Of a stretch of 64,000 bases of DNA, positions 55,721-64,000 are shown in pieces. Source of the stretch: Octopus vulgaris (taxonomy: Eukaryota); the NCBI GenBank assembly GCA_951406725.2, contig OX597818.1:87358001-87422000 (forward strand), read 5' to 3'. The notes beneath the pieces were generated by a model. That model searched no databases, was not told the DNA's origin, and saw only the letters and a list, made by a program, of their open reading frames with translations. A program made the translations under genes and the position numbers. Position 1 is the first letter of the stretch; the number at the start of each line of letters is the position of its first letter.

Positions 55721-55949
55721 GAGCTCCCAACTCCACAAAACAAATATTGGCCATTATTCTATTTTCTTTAACTCATAATTATTTCTAATTATATTTTTAT
55801 TACTCACTGTATAAATAGGTTGATACATACCTAACTATAAGTATTTTGGAATTCAATTTACAAAATTTTATAATATTTATTTTAACTTACATTATGATTT
55901 TTCTTTTAAAAATCTCAACAATCATTAAAAAAAAATGCGCCATTTTAAA

Positions 55950-56182
55950 GCATAGCCAGGCTCATGGGCCCGGTTTCCCGGTTTCAATGGCTTATGTGTT
56001 TCCCAGCAGGACGGGACGCCAGTCCATCGCAACGTTACTCATTTTTGCCAGCTGAGTGGACTGGAGCAACGTGAAATGGTGTGGTTTGGTCAAGAACACA
56101 ACGCATCGCCCGGTCCAGGAATCGAAACCATAATCTTACGATCATGATGCTTACACCCTAACCACTAACCTACGCGCCTCCA
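55950..56182 (-). mobile_element. Family C SINE
   Basis: Reverse complement of ggaggcgcgtaggttagtggttagg..ggtttcgattcc..gatggactggcgtcccgtcc. Confidence 0.8.
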
Positions 56183-56339
56183 CTCAATAATCATTTACTT
56201 ATATTATATAATTGTATTTGGATACGTTTAACTTGATGTATTAGTCGTTAATTGTATTATTTTAATTGGATGTGTCCAACTTGATGTATAAAAAGTTTGC
56301 AGCATACGAAGCAATGGGTTAACAAAAGGTTTACACAAT

Positions 56340-56553
56340 AGTTTCAAATTTTGGCACAAGGCCAGCAATTTTGGGGAGAGGGTAAGTCAATTATATCGAT
56401 CCCAGTTTCTCATTGGTACTTATTTTATCAACCCCCGAAAAGATGAAAGGCAAAGTCGACCTTGGTGGCATGTGAACACAGAACGTAAACATGGACGAAA
56501 TGCCGCTATGCACTTGGCTCGGGGCGCTAACGTTTCTGCTAGCTCACCGCCTT
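56340..56553 (-). mobile_element. Family A SINE
   Basis: Same tail variant as 6920-7135 (gtttcaaattttggcaca.ggccagc). Confidence 0.85.
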
Positions 56554-56599
56554 AACAAATTTATGTATTGCAAACAAGAATTATTTGAAACTCATCATA

Positions 56600-57113
56600 T
56601 CTCTATATATAAAACTGTAGTTGTGTGAGTGTCTGTCCCCTTCGATTTAGATTCCTAACTACTCCCACATTTTGCGGTGCAGTTTAACCAAATTCGGGTA
56701 TCTTATAGTCGTGATTCATATCGAGCCCGTCTGGCTATTAGCGCGCGTCTACAATGAGTCTACGATTTTAAAAATAATTTAACATAATTTTTTATTCCAT
56801 TTTAATGCATAAATTTTCGTGTGTCGATGGCGGCGGAGTTGGCGTCCACGCTCACAGCTGCACCTGTGTTGCTTTTCCCCCTTCTTCCCTCCCTCGTGAA
56901 GCTGTGGGGAAGGGAGTGTAAGCAAATCAACGTCGTAAAGCATTGTCAAGGAGACCAGCGTTCTTTTAGAACAACGACTTCATGGCTTGAAGACACCAAA
57001 ACAGAAATGGCTAAGAAAGCCCGAATTGGCATCTATAAGGGAAGTAACTCTCTAAAAATGCTTGTATAGTTATTTCCCTTACAAACCCGAGCAACGCCGG
57101 GCGATACTGCTAG
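56600..57113 (+). mobile_element. Non-autonomous Helitron of the 12565 family with a different internal segment
   Basis: a|TCtctatatataaaa..cccgagcaacgccgggcgatactgCTAG|t; 56815-57037 is absent from the two sister copies. Confidence 0.9.
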
Positions 57114-57420
57114 TGTAATATATATCGTCATTAGAGTATCACACCCCATCGTAAAGGCTCCAAGCTTCAGTGATTCATAACCTGTTTTCCTTTTGTCGTT
57201 TCTCCAAAGTAAACTCCGAGTATCATAACTCCGATCGAATTTTGCTCTTGGTGGCCGCCATATACAAGATGTCTGTAGGTGTATTGTGACCAAATTCCAC
57301 TTTTCAAAATATCCTTGAAGTACATATACGCCATCTTTTGGTTTTTGACTACCACCCACACGTACAATAGGGATAAAATGATACAGGTGTCGCCACTAAA
57401 AAATATATCCGTACCCATTG

Positions 57421-57486
<66 letters not shown>

Positions 57487-57592
57487 GACTGTGGGTATCA
57501 TTTTGTCTTTCTCCAACTCCCACTCAGTGCATACATGTGCGCACGCGTTCGTGTGTGTATGTATGTTTGCGTGCATACATGTGTACATGTAT

Positions 57593-57662
<70 letters not shown>

Positions 57663-58239
57663 ATATATATACGTACATATACTCGTTTGTATCTAAGCAC
57701 GTTTTTGTATTCATACCTTCACGAAAATAGTGTCACGTTCAATAGGCGCAGACATACACACACACACACACGCACATACACATACACACACATACAAAAA
57801 ACACACACACGTACAAACACGCACACACACTCACTCACACACGCACACATATACACACACACAAACACAAACGCATATATATGTAAGTGTACGTGAAGTT
57901 CCGAAATGGTGCATTTACGACTCCAATAACTTTCGGAGATAAATTGAAACTTCCGTTTCCGGTTTGCCTCTTGAATTGGAAAAATGATCATTTAATATAC
58001 CAACTAATGAAACTATTCAGAGATATATGAGTAGATGTATGTATGTATGTATGTATGTATGTATGTATGTATGTATGTATGTATGTATGTATGTATGTAT
58101 GTATGCATGCATGTATGCATGTAGGTATGTATGTATGTATGCATGCATGCATGCATGTATGTATGTATGTATGTATGTATGTATGTATGTATGTATGTAT
58201 GTATGTATGTATGTATCTATCTATCTATCTATCTATCAA

Positions 58240-58314
<75 letters not shown>

Positions 58315-58362
58315 GTCTGTCTGTCTGTCCGTCCGTCTGACCGTCTGTCTGTGTCTCTGTCC

Positions 58363-58513
<151 letters not shown>

Positions 58514-58722
58514 AAATTATTCGTTATTAAGTGATGCTTACAAAAAAAAAAAAAGAAAAAACCAAAAAAAAAAACCGAAAAATATACATTACTTTACAAA
58601 AAATGTATTGAGCTCTCCTTTTTCTTCTCTGATTGCCTTAAATGTATGCATTTACGTTCAAACACACACACACACACACAAACACACACATTCAGATAAG
58701 CGTGTGTCTCTATGCTAGGTGC

Positions 58723-58759
<37 letters not shown>

Positions 58760-58781
58760 TATGTGTGTGTATGTGTGTAGT

Positions 58782-58826
<45 letters not shown>

Positions 58827-59069
58827 CAGGGTGTAATTTACTTATGTATTATCAAGGTAATACTGTTCAAAGAAACACATTTGATGTATTCTACATTTAT
58901 ATATTTTAAAACAAAACATGATTAAAGCGGGTAGAAAGCCAGTTGACGATTTCTTTCTCCGTATACCCCATTTGTTAATGGTCATGTTTATTATTGAAAT
59001 ACATTATGCATTCACATACGAAGGAACACATACACGCACACTCACACACACACATACACACATTCATAC

Positions 59070-59122
<53 letters not shown>

Positions 59123-59198
59123 TATACATATATATATACATGTATATATATATATACACACATGTATACATATATATATATATATACACACACACATT

Positions 59199-59250
<52 letters not shown>

Positions 59251-59350
59251 CATGTATGTATGTATGTATATATATATATATAAATCCTTGAAGTACATGT
59301 ACCGCCCACAGGTACAATAGGGATAGAATGATACATATATATCATATATG

Positions 59351-59476
<126 letters not shown>

Positions 59477-59810
59477 GAAGCCAGGAGTGGGCTGTGCAGG
59501 CATGGAAAGAGTGGAGGTAAAAAGGCAATCATAACAAAGCAGGCATTATTCACCGAGAATTTGTAGATTAAAACAAAATAAATATTTGTGGGAAATTAGC
59601 TTTCGTCCTTCTACACGCGCACGCGCACGCATACATGCACACAGATGCACGCACATGCTCATACACGCTACACATGCGCACACTAACAAACAAATGCAGG
59701 GACACATAACGACGCACAACCGATCTCTCCTCCGTGCACAGACTCACGCACATCCCCGCAGAAAATTTCAAAGGAGAATGAGACCGACTGAAGAAGTATA
59801 TGAGATGCGG

Positions 59811-59861
<51 letters not shown>

Positions 59862-60210
59862 TACATGCACACACACATACATACACATGTACAACCCCCA
59901 CATACAAGCAGACACACACATACACACGCACGCATACACATATATATATATATTATATAACTTACCTATATATATATATATTATATAACCTACCTATATA
60001 TATATATATATATATATTATATTATATATTATGTAACTTACATATATATTTTATATAACATATATGTATATTTACTATATATATAATATATACACCTATG
60101 TTTAAATATAGACATGTATTATATACACTTACATCTATATACAAATTACACAAAACATGAATGCATTGTATTTGTATCTGTATATATATGTGTATATATA
60201 TATATCTATA

Positions 60211-60322
<112 letters not shown>

Positions 60323-61031
60323 TGTATGTATGTATATATATATACACACATATATATGTGTGTGTGTTATGTATGTATGTATATGTGTGTGTGTGTGTGT
60401 GTGTATATATTTGTGTGCGTATATTTATGTATATGACACAAAGACAAAACGAAAAAAGTATTCGCCCGTACACATACTTACATATATACACGTACAGAGA
60501 CATATATTTATGGCGCAGCAACGAAAAACAGAACGTGTAACATATATGGCAGCAATTAATAGGAAATATCCAATATTTGCTTTTGTAATAATTACAATTA
60601 TTGTATCTATTGTCATTGAAATCTAAAGCTAGTTTCTCTTCACCTTCCTTTGTACCGTTGTCGGTGTAGCCTTATAGAGAAATTAAATAATTCACATTTT
60701 ATATACGTCGTCCATCAACACAAACGTTAAAAACTCTTTGTAGAATATTAGCGGGAGTAACAATGGTAGATGGTCTTTGAGGGTTTTCATCGTATTGGCA
60801 ATGATATTAAACTGTGGAAGCATTTATCGTTCAGAAAATGGTTCTTGAGAAGGAAAGTTACGTTACTCGTATAATTATTATTAATCGCGTAATGTATGTT
60901 GTGTACGCGTACCTGTGCAAATGTGTACGCCAGCGTGTGTGAGAGTATGAATATATATATATATTCATATATATACACACACGTATGATTATGAATACGT
61001 AGATATGTTCGAACATATGTTCGCATATGTA

Positions 61032-61078
<47 letters not shown>

Positions 61079-61510
61079 CACATAGATATGTATATGTTCT
61101 TATATATACATGAATGTATACAAGCATATATATGTCTATATATATGCATATATATACATACATGTATACGCACACACATTTGCTTTAGCACAAGAGTATT
61201 AGCTGTTATAGTGTGCCGTTGATACAATATATAATTGGGCGCCTATTTCAAGGATGCATAATTTATGCGTGCATGTGTATATGAATCTACGTAAGTGTGT
61301 AAGCATATATTTATGTGTGCATCTGTGTTTATGTGTGTATCTGTATTTGTGTATGCATGTATATATATATATGTCTATGTATGTATGTATGTATGTATGT
61401 ACGTTCAATATATTCTAGATTTCAACAAGTTTAAGTATTTGAGTAATAAAAGTTAAATGTATTCCATTTATACACTCACTTTCTCCATCATACATTTATG
61501 TATATGTATG

Positions 61511-61574
<64 letters not shown>

Positions 61575-62227
61575 CATATATATATACATATACATACACA
61601 CACATATATATTGAATACATTTAGATTTATTACTCAATGACATAAACTTCTGGGAATATTGTATAATGTATATAATGTGCGTGCGTGTGTGTATGTATTT
61701 TATATGGTGTAGAAGTAGGTGTGTGTATGTGTGTGTGCGTGCATCCCATCCGACATTGTGTCCGTGTGATAATGAGGGTCTCGTGTGTCTGTGTGTATAT
61801 AAGTGTAAAAGTAAGTAGATTTACGGCTACGTGGGTTTACTTTACACACACACACGCACACATATATGCCCGCGTGTTTATAAATGTATATGTATATATA
61901 TATATAAACATACATTAATATATATGTATTCATACATATATATGTGTGCATACATATATACATACATACATACATACACACAGACATGTTTACTAACCTT
62001 TATAAGTAAAACGTTTGACGGTAATTCGGAAGTTTCGGCTTGCGCGCCTTCAAAATCTCTTCAACCTTTTACATACATAAGTTAATAAATATGAGAAAGT
62101 ATTGATTTATCCCTGAGTTTAATGTTAAATTGTTTTTATTCAAAACTTTATAACTTGACATAAAAGCAAGCATTAATATATAAATACGCAAACATATGAA
62201 TATAAATGCATATACATATATACACAT

Positions 62228-62436
62228 TCTTTTCTACTCTAGGCACAAGGCCCGAAATTTTTGGGAAGAGGGCCAGTCGATTAGATCGACTCTAGTACGC
62301 AACTGGTACTTAATTTATCGACCCCGAAAGGATGAAAGGCAAAGTCGGGCTCGGCGGAATTTGAACTCAGAACGTAAAGACAGACGAAATACTGCTAGGC
62401 AATTCGCCCGGCGTGCTAACGCTTCTGCCAACTCGC
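62228..62436 (-). mobile_element. Family A SINE
   Basis: aggcacaaggcccgaaatt..cggcggaatttgaactcagaacg..cgcccggcgtgctaacg. Confidence 0.88.
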
Positions 62437-63708
62437 ATCATTACACACACACACACACACACACACTCACATGTATATAAGTTGTATTAAAAAGTTTAGG
62501 TAGGAGACTTTAAGGTGCACATCGTTCTCCCCCCCCCCAGGGAACAGTGCAGAAGTAAGCCTAAACGATCGTTGTCCTAAATAAAGCTTCCAGTATACTT
62601 TGTTTTCAATCGTTTAGAATGTGTGTGTATATATATATATACATACACACACCGAAGTTACGAACAGGTCTTTTACGAAATATTTACCGTATTTTTATAG
62701 TCATTTTCACTATAAATTTTTTTTAAATGCCAAAAATGTTTTGTAATGGTATGCATTTGAAAATAATTTAAAAAAAAAACATTAAAATATTGTCTGTTTA
62801 AAGAAAGCCACAATATCTATACTTACTGTAGAAAGAACTTACATTTTTGAAATCACATTTCTAAATGATTAAATTATTGTATTTAACAAAAACAGAAATA
62901 GAATCATTTACTGTGAAAAACAACTCATATTTTTTCGTTGGGAAGTTAGTCACTAATGTGTCTAATCGGAAGGTAAGAGTTTCTTCCCTTCCAGGGTTAA
63001 GGTATTTTCGGAGTATTTTCCCATCATGCACCGTTTTGGGTATTTATAACCCAAAACCCCTAATATCTCAAGAATCACTTGTCCGATTTATTCGAAACTT
63101 GTTTTATTCCGTTCGTATTCACATTTCAAGGGAGACTTAATTCACAGTATTTTCCCATTATGCGCCAGTGTGACTGTGTAATATTGAAGCAAGCAAGAAA
63201 GAACGAAGCTCATGTATTATATTTATATATCGTTGCTATTATGCAAAAGTGTCGTAAGTCCAAAACGTTGTTTTTTCAGAGAACTCCATAGCAAAACTGT
63301 TGTACTACAGTTTGACAGTATTTGATATCCTGGCATCTGAAGCAGCTGGAGATACGATAGTTTGACCAAAAGAACTAGCTATTGCAAGCAAAAATAAATA
63401 TTGACAGTTTAACATAATATCAACGATATATTGTGAATTCAAATAAACAAACAATTCAAATAAACGAATACAAAAAAAAAAGAATAAAACGAACGTGAGG
63501 ACGTGCACAGGACGCTCGGTGGAAGGAGAGAGTTTGATGTAGAGCTCTTTAAGAAAGGGGTAAGAAAGGGATTTATGCCTTTCTTAAAGAGCTCTACCCT
63601 CCTGATCTTAATATTCATAAGGGCCTTTATATAGGTAGCCCTTCTAATTAAGTGCCCCTAAGTAACTATAAATATCATGTATGGAGTAACAATAACTTCT
63701 TAAACCTA

Positions 63709-63768
63709 CAATACAACCCTTAGTTTTTAATACAACCCTTAGTTTTTTAATACAACCCTTAGTTTTTT
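63709..63768. repeat. Minisatellite, 3 x ~20 bp
   Basis: aatacaacccttagttttt(t) three times. Confidence 0.9.
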
Positions 63769-64000
63769 AGTGTAAAATTAGAATGTCCTATAACATAAAT
63801 ATTCTTTTAGCTAATACCAGGTATCAGTCTTTATTGATACTAGCTAAATAAGTAAATATATAATTTTTAATTTAATATATTTTGAATTGTTATACATTTT
63901 TGCAAAATATTTGTGAAATCTTTGTATTTCTGCCGTAAGGCTTCATTTCCACACGCGCCAGCTTAATTCAATTCGTCCTTAGTCGAAAGACACCTGTTGT

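Overview
AT-rich, microsatellite-saturated animal genomic DNA. The SINE families and repeat spectrum resemble Octopus, which is an inference from remembered families and not a database search. There is no confidently intact host gene, and almost all listed ORFs are microsatellite artefacts. The window is a patchwork of tRNA-derived SINEs, non-LTR retrotransposon fragments (Penelope-like RT/GIY-YIG, CR1-like, RTE, R4/Dong-like in (TAA)n), DNA transposon relics (Tc1, Tigger/pogo, Chapaev3-like, mariner end, MITEs, a foldback), Helitrons and an interstitial TTAGGG array. The main signal is a set of short modules that end at (AT)n tracts and carry self-cleaving-ribozyme folds. I read by eye about 13 hammerhead (HHR) motifs: five with canonical cores, three with a compensatory U3-A8 core, some with branched stem II, one inside a 340-nt terminally redundant structured unit, and one apparently non-circularly permuted. 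Two further (AT)n-abutting modules carry a different, covarying four-way-junction RNA motif (UGGCUGCUAUUU ... ACCCUAA) that I cannot assign to a known class. All folds were read manually, so activity and novelty are untested.
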